A DNA stretch of 64,000 nt from Balanoglossus misakiensis (taxonomy: Eukaryota > Animalia > Hemichordata). Under the pieces are notes generated by a model. That model saw nothing but the letters and a program-made list of their open reading frames with translations, searched no databases and was not told the DNA's origin. The position numbers and the translations under genes are program-made. How positions within the stretch are numbered: position 1 is the stretch's first letter; each line of letters opens with the position of its first letter. Shown here one piece after another: positions 11,568 through 23,400 of this stretch. The stretch lies in assembly GCA_040954595.2 (NCBI GenBank), contig CM082577.2:18574303-18638302 (forward strand). Reading direction: 5' to 3'.

Positions 11568-14478
11568 TTAATTAGACGTGTTCACACCTTTATACCCAAA
11601 TTAAGACATGATGTCCCCCATAGCTCTTACAGTCACACTTGCCTCAAGTAAATTTTGGAACACACGTCTACCTTCCACATTGCTTGACAACGTTCCCATA
11701 CATGACAGCACACATCCTGTACCCTCAAAAAAAACTATCAATTTCGTTTATCATTTATGACAGCAGAACCCTCTCACACAGCATTTAACCGTCCCACATG
11801 TTCTAAGGGAGGCTACGATACCAGTGCAATTATGGGCCTAGGCCACAAAACACCCCAGCTGACATCATGGCACCCTTCAAACAATACGTTCTCCTAGCCA
11901 TCTCATTACAAGCAATCACAACAGCACATACACAATCCATACATTATCACTTTAACAACAACTTCCCCCGACATTGCGCAAAACAACTTGCTTCACAACA
12001 CTCTCTACATCATAGGTGCAGTGATCGTTCGGTTTTAAAATGTTATTGGAGTACGGGTTAAACCCCGCAATTGAGCTGACAACCGAAACTTGATTAAATA
12101 TTACACACAACTTCGTCACAAGGCCTTGTAGCGGTTATGCACCTAGCAGCACTTGCTACAAACATTGCAGCTACCTACATCAATGGCTTCGATACTGTTT
12201 GTGCCCACATTTACACGCCCTCCCCTTACTCCTACACACACAAAACAGTACACATCTAGCATGCAAACTTCCCCAACCGCTAACCACACCCTATCCAAAG
12301 GCTTTACCATGCTGAAGTCAGTTGAAAATAAAATAAATCGTTCTCCTTTGCACTATCCCGTACACAGAGCCCACGCATCCATTTGCTCCGCTTCGTCACT
12401 CATGTTCACAAAACGCCAAACACACCTGATTACCTACCTCTAACATTAATTTCTGCACCTGTATATCCGATCGCTGCACATCTACCGCAATTTCCGACAA
12501 TCCTGATTCTGTACACCGCCCAAATATCGCCACAAGATGACCACGCCACGTCACTTCCCGACTAACGACGCTAAGCACATTGGGTAATTTCCTACAACAG
12601 ACGTGCGCTTCCAACCAGGCATCCGGTGCACCGATCTTGACGCGATGACGTGCCGTTCCTCTTGCACAATATAGAGCAATAGACAGGTTCCGCTACACGG
12701 TATACGTTAACGCGCAACGTCACGACTTTATGTTATGACGTCAACTTTTGTGTAAAGTTTGACGATCACGTAAAAGACTTTTTACCTGGAGATAAATGTT
12801 TCCACGTTAGTTGCAAACATGAACAGTTATACTCATTTTGGGCAACACAAAGTCATATTATCTACGAAACATGTGTATGCCTTGTTGACTTGCTAACTCA
12901 TTGAGATACGAAAACGCATTTACTTTTCCAGTCATTTTATGTGAACTGTCCAACACTCAGACCAACAATAATTCCGAACTTCGTTCTGTTCCTTTGCCAT
13001 TTCGGTCACTCCAGCCACACCCCACGACATCTAAACCGCCATCTAATCTGCTTACATTACATCGCATCCAGGGGCTCAATGCGCAAATCAAGTTGCTGTC
13101 TGTTTGTGTCACTAAACGTCACTGCGTACTGTAAAACAAACATGACAAATGCAATCAGCACTAGTAGCCACACAGTCGCTCCACCCACACTCACTGCCTG
13201 TCGGCCGTTCCAATGTCAGTTTCACGCTCATCATGTCCCCATCACACCTATCGCAATTCCGCGCCCATTATTTTTTCATGATCTAACAGCCCCATTGCTC
13301 TGTCGACGCGATCGCTTTTATTACTATAGCCTTATGCCGTCCCTCGCCCCCCTCACAAGCCCAGCAGCGTAGCACAACACCTGCGTGCTTGCGGCGTCCC
13401 CCGGCCCATGACTGTTTACAGTCTTCTCTAAGTCACTTCATAACCAATCTTGGCATATTGAGCAAGGACATTTCTTTCCGCCTGTTTTGTATGCACTCTT
13501 CCAGCGCACACTGTACGTGATTCCAGACAATTAACTGTTCAAAGGAACTACTGTACACTTCCAGCTTCACAAATTCAATTTCTACTCTCTCTAAATACAC
13601 ACTATAGTATCATACGAACACAGCAATGTCTAGTGCTTCACACATAATTAACTTTTACCGCACATCATGATCGTGTTTTACATCTAACACCAGATTCTCT
13701 GCACGAACCAGGTTTATCAAGCCTTTGCCAGGCTGTCAACAAGCCGTATGAGTGCCCTGTTAAATTTCCAGTATGCCGCACTCTAATTCGTCAATTCACT
13801 TGCCACTACAAGGCACCCTCTCCCCCCGCAGCGCAATATGACTGACATCTAGCACATACCATTGTCTGTTGCAAACCCACTACACTTGCCACATTCTTCG
13901 TCGTTGATGTCGCTGCACTCGCATTATCACTCTACTCAACCCCATCTTCTCTTCCCCGTTTACTGCAGTATGCCTCTCCGTTTTTCCTATACCACACACT
14001 ATAACCAATTTGAACACCATGCTTCATGCACACACCCACCCTCAGTTTACTTTAGTTTCACCCACAACGCGTTAACTACCCGCCGATATATAACACACGA
14101 ACAAACCCTCAATACCCCCTTTCCGCTGTTCCAATTACTTCACGCACCCCATATCACTCACTTCCCATTAACACCATCAGCAACACTCGTTCCACACAAA
14201 TTCACACATTTCCCCGTGAAACACTGCAAAGTAAGGTGTGCTACCCTGGCCTACACGTCCTTCCCTCAACAACTTCACGTCAGACTTCACTGTCTCTCCA
14301 CACAATTTTCCACCTCCAGCATCCAACAACTGGAACGGCAACAGTCACGTGACTTTTATGGCCCTAGCTAGCTTCTTCCAAACTCTGGCATCAGCTACAT
14401 CCTCTTCCAACTTCGCCTGCGATTTCTTCTTCCATCTTTGCCCACGAGTTCTTCTTCCACAATTTGTACTCCACCGCC

Positions 14479-17400
14479 ATGGCAGACTCAACCAGTGATA
14501 TCACAGGATATATCCACGACGTCAGCAAAGTCAAAATCTCGGCCAGATCTTCGGTACGGTACTTTAATGCGCGTTTTCAACAACCAACAGGCTATAATGA
14601 CATGGTCGTCTTCGACGTGACAAAACACGACCAATTTAACACGGCACAAAACAAAAGGTAAGTTTACTGCCACCCCTTCTCCCCACAAAACGCACAACAA
14701 CTTCCACCGTCATTTCCCCTTGCTTCAATACATGCTACATTCACCACCCCCCCCCCCCCATTCCGCCTTTCACAACAACACCAGGTTCCTCTATTTATCT
14801 TGATTTATCTTGATTTATCCTGATTGCCATGATTTAAATCATGGCCAGTCAGGGAAGGAAGCCTTTTGGCTTATATAATCCCTCATTGTCCTTTGTAGCT
14901 GTCAAGTCTTATTTTAAAGTCCAGAACAGTTTTAGCATCAACAATATGTGTAGATAGTTTGTTCCATTCAGCTATAATCCGTTGGGTGAAGAAGAATTTC
15001 CTGCAGTCCAGGCGAAAGCATGATTTTGCTAATTTAAGTGAGTGCCCCCTTGTCCTGTGATGTTGACTGAATGTGAACAGTACGTCTGGGGAAACTCTAT
15101 CTATTCCTTTCACAATCCTGAATACTTGTATCAAGTCCCCTCTTGTTCTTCTTTCTTCTAAAGTTGTCAGTTTAAGTTCTTTTAACCTGGATCCATAACT
15201 GAGATGGCTAAGCTCTGGTATCAGTTTTGTTGCTCTTCGTTGTACTTTTTCGACTAATTCAACATCCTTAGTATAGTGTGGGTTCCAGTATTGTACAGCA
15301 TATTCAATGTGGGGTCTAACCAGTGACTTGTATAGTTGCATAATATTGAACTTTGTCTTGTACTTTATATTCCTTTTAATAACTCCAAGGGCTCTATTTG
15401 CTTTCTTTACTGCTTCAGCACAGTGTCGACTTGTCTTCATGGAATTATGAATAAGCACCCCCAGATCCCTTTCCTCTTCAACTGGAGTGAGTGCTTTATT
15501 ATTCATGGTGTAGTTAAATGATGGATTTGTTGATCCCACATGCATTACCTTACATTTGTCAACATTAAATGACATCTGCCATTCCTCCGACCAAGCTTCA
15601 AGGTTGTCAAGATCTTTCTGGAATTTCTCCTTGTCTTCCTGATTCCTAACAATTCTGCCAAGTTTAGTGTCATCAGCAAACTTAAGGATCACTGACTTTA
15701 CAGCATCGTCAATGTCATTAATATAAATCAGGAATAAGATGGGACCGAGCACGGACCCCTGTGGGACACCACTTGTAACTGTAGACCACATAGATGCTGA
15801 ACCATTTAATACTGTTCGCTGTGCTCTTCCATCTAACCAATTCTGTATCCATGACTTAATTTTACCGACGATGCCATGAGCTTCTAGTTTAGCCACCAAC
15901 CTGGTGTGTGGGACCTTGTCAAAAGCTTTACTGAAATCCAGGTAGGCTATGTCGACTGGGTTTCCCTCATCCACAGATTTAGTAACATATTCGAAGAACA
16001 CCAGTAGATTTGTCACACAAGATAACCCTTTCCTGAAACCATGCTGACTATCCTTTATCAGTTTGTTTGTCTCCAAGTGGTCCACAATGGCATTCCTAAT
16101 TAGTGTCTCAAGTAGCTTACACAGGATTGAGGTTAGACTTACAGGTCTGTAGTTTCCAGTTTTGCACTTGGGCCCTTTTTTGTATATTGGTGTGACGTTG
16201 GCTTTCTTCCATACTTCTGGAACTGTTCCTTGTTGTAGTGTTGCATTGAAAATGACTGTGATTGGCCAAGCTAGCTCTTCTGCCAGTTCTCTCAGTACCT
16301 TTGGATGAATATTATCTGGCCCTGGCGTTTTAATGGGATTTAACTTTCTCAGTAGATTGAGTACATCTTCTTGTGTTACTATGATATCTGATAGAAATTT
16401 GTCAGTGTCACTAATTATCTGTTCAGGTTGTGGAATATTGCTTAGATCCTCCCTTGTGAACACAGATGCAAAGAAGTTATTTAGTAACTCAGCCATAGCC
16501 TTATCTGTAACTACTGTTTCACCGGAATCATCCTTCAGTGGTCCAACTGTGTCCCTAGTTTTCTGTTTCTTCCTTATGTAGGCATAGTAGCTTTTTGGAT
16601 CCTTCTTAATATTCTTACAAAGTTCCTTTTCAAAGAGTCGTTTTGCTGTACGGATTTCTTGACACGTTTCTCTCTGTGCATGCTTGTAACTAACAAAGTC
16701 ACTATAGTCTTTTGATTGTGTATATCTTTTCCAAGCATTATATTTCTTCCTAATTTTCTTTAGTACCTTCTTGTTAATCCACAATGGTTGTTTTCTTTTC
16801 TTCTTATACTGCTGGGGTGTAAATTTAATCACAGTTTCATTGATAACATTTATCAGTTTATCCCAGCATTGCTCTACGTTGATTTCCCTGAAAGTTTCTT
16901 CCCAATTTATGTGCTTTAAATGTTCCTTCATTCCTTTGTAGTCTGCCCTATTATAATTTAGCGTGTGACTCGCTTTAACTTTAATAGGTATGTTTACAGT
17001 TGTGTTCCAAACAAGAGTTAAGTGGTCACTGTTCCCAAGATGTTCCCTGACTTCAACATCATCTATCATCTGTGGCTCTGTAGTAAACACTAAGTCAAGA
17101 ATGGACTTTCCTCTTGTAGGCAATAGTACATGTTGTGTGTAAAAACAATCTTGTACAGCATCCAGAAACTCCTGGCTATCTTTAGTTCCTGCAGATTGCC
17201 TCTGCCAGTCTATGGACGGATAATTAAAATCACCCATACACAGAACACGCTGTGTACTTGCAGCATTTAATAGTCTCACGAGTTCAGCGTCGTTACTGCT
17301 ATCAGAGTTCGGGCTACGATAACATACTCCAACAAGTAAGCTATCTCCATCACCACACATTATCTCGCCCCATATACTTTCTTGGAAGCCAAAATTGGAC

Positions 17401-20400
17401 AAATCGTCTCTTGGTAAGACAGTGTACTTGTTCTTTATATACAAAATTACTCCTCCTCCCCGTCTATTTGTTCTGTCTTTCCTCAACATATTATAACCTT
17501 GGAGAGTTAGCTCAGCATCAGAATAACTTTCATTTGCCCAGGACTCAGTTACTGCAATTATATCTGGATTTATTTCTGCAGCCATAGATTCCAAGTCTTC
17601 CAGTTTGTTGATCAAACTTCTTGCATTGGTGCATATACAAAGTAAATTATTTACAGTTTCACATCTTCTGTCTTGACTCTGATTAGATGAATAAATACTA
17701 TTTACACTATTTACACTATCCGAGCAGCTTTGGCTCATATTGTCTGTTCGTTTTTTGGTGCGCCAGCATTAGTAATGTCTTGCTGACCTTTTACTATTGT
17801 TCCTTTATGTATTCGTAAGTCCTTTTCTCCTCTGTCTCTTCTAGATTTTAATTCATTTCTAAGTTTTCTGTCTTCTTCTCTCTGTTCGTAGGTAAGATCT
17901 GGTGATATGTATACATTCTTGTACATTTCTTCTGTTGACTTGGCTAAATGTTTAGCTTTCTGTAGAACCTGGCGTTTTGTTTTTGTGTCCTTCAACTTGA
18001 CTCTTAGCAACCTGGGCCTTTTATCTTCAGATCTTTTGCTTGTAGACAGCCTTTCAACTTCAACAATATTTTCATCTGAGAGACCAAGTTCAGACATCAG
18101 ACCGGACACTTGCCTAACATCATCACCCCTTACCAGACTTGCCATGCTGTCATCGGGTTCCGGCATATTTCTTACAATGACGTTTAGCTTCCGCTTTTCG
18201 ACCTCAATAGCGTTGTTTAATATCTGTTGCACTTGAGCTTTATCGCAGCTTTTCTCCTTCTGACCTATAAATTCTTCTTTCAACTCTTTAAACTCCTTCT
18301 CTAATGTGTCTTGACGTAGTTGAAGATTGTTCATGACATTAAATAAGCGAACAGCACCATTATTGCAGGCTTTGCAAAACCAATGAATTGTCATATTTGT
18401 ATCGTTTGAGACAAGAACCGTGTACAACTCCTTTGATACTCCTTCACATGCTATATGGAACCAGTTCATACATACTTCACACTGCAGAGCTTCGTCATTG
18501 TCTTTCACCTCCTTTCGACAAGTACCACAAGTATAAGTTTCTTTGTTTGCCTTTGACTTCGTCGACGTCGATGTACTGTTCTTCCTCGCCGCATTCCTCG
18601 TGACCGCGACCGTCGCCATCTTGGAAGTCATTGCGCAATGGCCAACAACGTTCACACTTCAAACGGCCAATTTTCTTCACTGTTACTGCCCATATAAATG
18701 ATTTGAGTCAACAACTGTGGTCAGTAGCAACTCATGAGTGATACTAGACCTAGTATCACTACAAAAACACAGTCAACCGGGAAAATTTTCTTCTCCTATC
18801 GGCTGCGACTTGACAGAAATTCCCTGCGCAGAAGCGCCCTCACAAAAAAATTACCTTCAAACCACCTTCTTTCCATTGTGCACTAGCTCCCACCCCAATC
18901 CACACACATTGCAAACAGTCTCTCCCCCGACCTCGGCACAAAAACCTATATGCATTGCCTGCAAACTGTACATTCCCTTGCTTACCACGTCAGACCCCCC
19001 ACATTTCCCATTTTCGAACAACTGAATCCGTCTTGACAACGGCCGTAAAATATTTCTGTTTACATAGGCTCATTTCCTGCGGACAATATTTCCTCCCAGC
19101 TGACTCCAACATTGTTTACATAGCACAGAAACTCCCTGTAAACCCCCAATACACAAAACCACACTGCTCCGAATACATTTCTACCTTCGCAAGCCTCCAT
19201 CGACATAACCACACCTTCAACACGGCAGGTCCCGATTGCACTTTCCAATCAACATCCCCCCATTGTTATGCAACCAACAGCACACAACGGACTCTTGCAG
19301 CATATAATCACATTTGACCAATAAGACTACATAGGCGCACTCAATAAAAAAACTGCAAGTCTCACTTCACCAACTCTTAATATGGGCCCACACTTTCCCA
19401 ATTGCGCACCCATCCATAAGCACAGCAACAACAACACCTACGTGCATTCTATCGTAGTCTCTCCCAACACCTACACTTTGTTTGTCCAGCACAACACAGG
19501 CTTGCACACAAACAGCCCCAATGATTCCTCCCAACCTTTACTTCACAATCGCCACTTTCCACAACCACTGCTTCCTTCGCACCTTCCCACCCATCTGTTT
19601 AAAGCACACCTCCCCTTTACTGCACACCCTTCCTCCTGCACTTCCACCTGCAAACATACTTCACAAATACACGTCAAACAACACGCAAGACACTGACCAA
19701 CCACTCCCACATTTTCACCAAGCACATTTCCATTCCAACACACACACACTCCACCTTAAAGGGAAAAAGTCTCTCGTCGTTCCTTTTTCCATTAATTATG
19801 TTTCATACCACAAACCATTCATGTTATTCTACATCTTAATATATAGTGAATGAATTTCCAACGACACACAACTTCCTTCCCATTTCTAGAATATGACATT
19901 AAAAACTTAGCCAAACTGAATACACATTAAAGCCCGCATATTCCTTTTGCCGATATCTCCACTCTTGTGTCTACAATTGGAATTAAGTTGTTTCTGCTGA
20001 TATGTTGCTTCCCTATATATCCACATGTACATTCATATCAACAATGTCTTGCATCTAACATACTTACCACAATAAAGACAGCAACAGAAATACTTTGTCA
20101 CTGTAATGCCAACTGTCAACTTCATGTCCCAAACACTTTACATCCTCCCCACACCATGTTCTCCCCTCAACTAAATAACAACAACACTTACTTTGCATAC
20201 CACCTTCCTCAATGTTCCACCACACACACACTCCACCCCCTTCTACACACCCTAATTTAAAAGTAACCTGCACTTTCCAACATAACCACTTCCCATCTCC
20301 ACACCCCCTCACCAACACCCTGTTCAAAAACCTCTCACTGCTTTCACATATTTCCCATACACCCAAGTCTGCTTTCAACTCCCCTCACACCACTACCACC

Positions 20401-23400
20401 TTCCAACTTCCAACCACATCACATCCCTTTCAAACACTTTTGTAATAAACTTCTCGTTTCCTTCCAGGAGTCCTGTAAAAATCACAAACACCCGTCACGT
20501 TCAATCCCGGCGTGACCCCACAAAAAACGACATCCTGGTCAATGCAAGATCAAGAGTTGCCATTTCAAGAACCCTGCCTTTCAGTTACGACACCACCCCT
20601 GCAGCCAACTCCACCGACATCCAGGCATTAACGCTCAAGAAAATCATGGACGAGACAGCACCTTTCCAACGCGTAAGTACACTTCGCCTCATTCCTCACA
20701 ATCTACTTTCCCCTCACACGACTCTCCACACACATAATACCAATTTGCCTCATATTTTTCAGCTCCTTCCACAACTCCCCAGCTTCTAACTTACTGACAT
20801 TTCAAATTCAAAACACACATGCCCTCAATATTACACTCATACAACCCGCTCACAAAGCACCACAAACCCTCGCACAATACTACCATCCACAATTTCTCCA
20901 CAAAACTCTGCCAACTGCACACCAACTATCTAGCTCACCCAATTACATAACACTATCTCACCCCCAAATTACACTACCCCCCTTCATCTCCCCATGCTAT
21001 ACAGCACTTCTGCGCTTCTCTCAGCCACACCTCCCCCCATTCACACAACTCCTTTTTACATATCATGTACACCACTCACATTCAACCCACACACACCCAC
21101 TTCACTACCATCTCCCCATTATTCCCAAGTAGAATACACCATTCACTTCAATGCACATGTTACATTTATTAACTACACCCACACACACCTTCATTCCCAC
21201 TGGTACACCACATACAAGCACATGTAATTCCCTACATCTTTGGTACCGCTCAATCATTTCACCTACAGTCCCAACAGAATAGAACAACTATTTGTACATT
21301 TCTGAATACGGCAAGTAGTACGTCAACCCTACGGGAACCCCTACGGGAACTATTGTTAGTTGTAGCAGAGTTTGCTGCAACAATTGTCTAAGGCCCATTT
21401 CCCTTTGTTACATTTCCGTAAAAACTACAGCAACTCCTTTATGGCAAGCCATTAACAAGGGAAGCTTAACACCTCTACCAGTAAATACTGCTGCAACACC
21501 TGTCAATTAGCCCCCACAGAGTGATGCCTTTTGTTCAAGGTGTTGATTATTTTGCTACAACTAGAGTGATTGACAGGTCTAGAACTAGAGTGCAACATTT
21601 TTGCAACAGGTCACTGCAACATTGTATCATAAAGTTTACAAAAGAAGCTCTGTCTAAAAATAAAATGGCAAAGGGCTGACATCAAATACCAATGAAGTCA
21701 GTTTTGGAATGATGTTATGTTCATCGACAAAGTCTGAACTCTCTCGGTAACAGAACAGTCTGTGGACATGAACAGAGGTCAACACATCCCTACCCCAGTG
21801 TTGTAGAATGCACATGTTTTGCTGGGGTTTCTTTTCTTTCAAGGAGCTGGACCAATTAATATTTGAGAGATACAGCATGACAAATGGAAAATCAAACACA
21901 ATGACGCATTTCACAATTGGGTTTAGCTTAAAAGACATTGGCTTTCATTTTTTTACCTGCTGCCCCCCCCCCCCTTACATGAAGACCCTGATAATAAATA
22001 GTAGGCTTGTTTACAAAATAATGTTGGCCTGCAGTACCACGATATCTTTAGAACAGACAAGTTTTGAGAGTCTTGACTATAATTTTGTAGGGTTTCATAA
22101 GTAGTAATGGTCTGTATTATTTCAATATTCTATTATTACGGCAATGGATATACACTCATTTTCCGACGGGCAGTGCTTGAACATGATGGGAAGTGACTGG
22201 CAGCAATTAGTTGGCCGGTTTGGGATGAATGACCTACATGTTTACTCATTATATATTCACGCAATTTGTTTAGTCTAAGCAAGCCCCTGCACTTGGCAGA
22301 ATTTGGATACAATTTGCCTGTCAATCATTGTCTGGCAACCTCTTGCCCCCAAAGTCCGCGCCTGATAAAATACATTCAATGAGCGACCTTTATATCCAGA
22401 CAGAGAGGGGGTGGCCGCAGTGAATGAATTGATGGTAAGTTTCAAATTCACATGTAAAATTTTAACATTTTCTGTTCAAATCCAGCCAGTTCAATGTATT
22501 GTTTAATCAACATTCCTGAAATAAAAAAGTTGACAACAAAGTGATTACTACGAGCGGGCATGCATGACAGTATTGATCGCTGAACTTTCAACAAAATACA
22601 CTGGTATAGTGGTTTAGTCCAAATGCGTCTTTGTCAAGCTCTCGGGTGCGTGAATATTCATGAGAAACTTATTACTGCGAACGTACATTCACAACGTGAA
22701 ACTAGTCCTATTATTTCAGAGCACTTGCCAAATGGTCAAATCATGGTGGAAAAGATGAGTGGCCGGCAAGACCGGGCCTAGACGTCCTCCACCTGTGTCA
22801 AACGGCTTTTGATGTGAATAATACTTTGCATAAATTACGAGGTCAACATGTGTGGTAGTGCCGGTAGTATCGATCGATCGACCTGGTAAAAAGATGAGCG
22901 GCTAGACGTCCTGCTGCCGTGTCTAACGGCTTTTGACGTGAATAATAATTTGAATAAATTACGAGGTCAACATGTGGCCGATTTCATCATGTAAATAGAA
23001 AGCACATGGGTCCAAAAGTTTCAGGCACTCTGATATGCATAGTGGTGTCAGAGGTGTTTCCCACACCAAAACTTAGAAGACAGTCATTTCAATTACGGCC
23101 TCCTGCCAAACTCAACACATGCGCACAAAATGGAACTGCAACTTTATTCACAAATCTGCAGAATTCTAGTGCAAAAAACAGACAAACTCAAAATACACAT
23201 CGCACCATGGTTCACTCTGAATTATTTGGACTTTCACTGGGCCATGTCTCTGCTTGATAGCGTCAGGTTTGCAACACATTGTTGCCAAATTTACACATAT
23301 TGACAAGGTAATCAAAACAACAGGTGTTTTATTACTCGGGGTATCACTAATGCCAGGGAGGTCCGTCTGCGTCTATTTGGTCACCAGCATGGCACACGTC

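Larger units (their letters stand above)
14793..18840 (-). mobile_element. Apparently full-length CR1-clade LINE, antisense in intron 1 of the RPA-like gene
   Basis: Intact ORF1 and ORF2; 3' tail of ~3 ATCAAGATAA-type units at 14793-14824; hairpin GCCATGATTTAAATCATGGC at 14826-14845. 5' boundary approximate; no clear TSD. Confidence 0.9.

Noticed and set aside
18850-21260. His/Thr/Pro-rich ORFs in C/A-rich sequence (also 11867-14371)
   Set aside because: Explained by the compositional skew; only 20468-20672 has splice sites and frame continuity supporting an exon.
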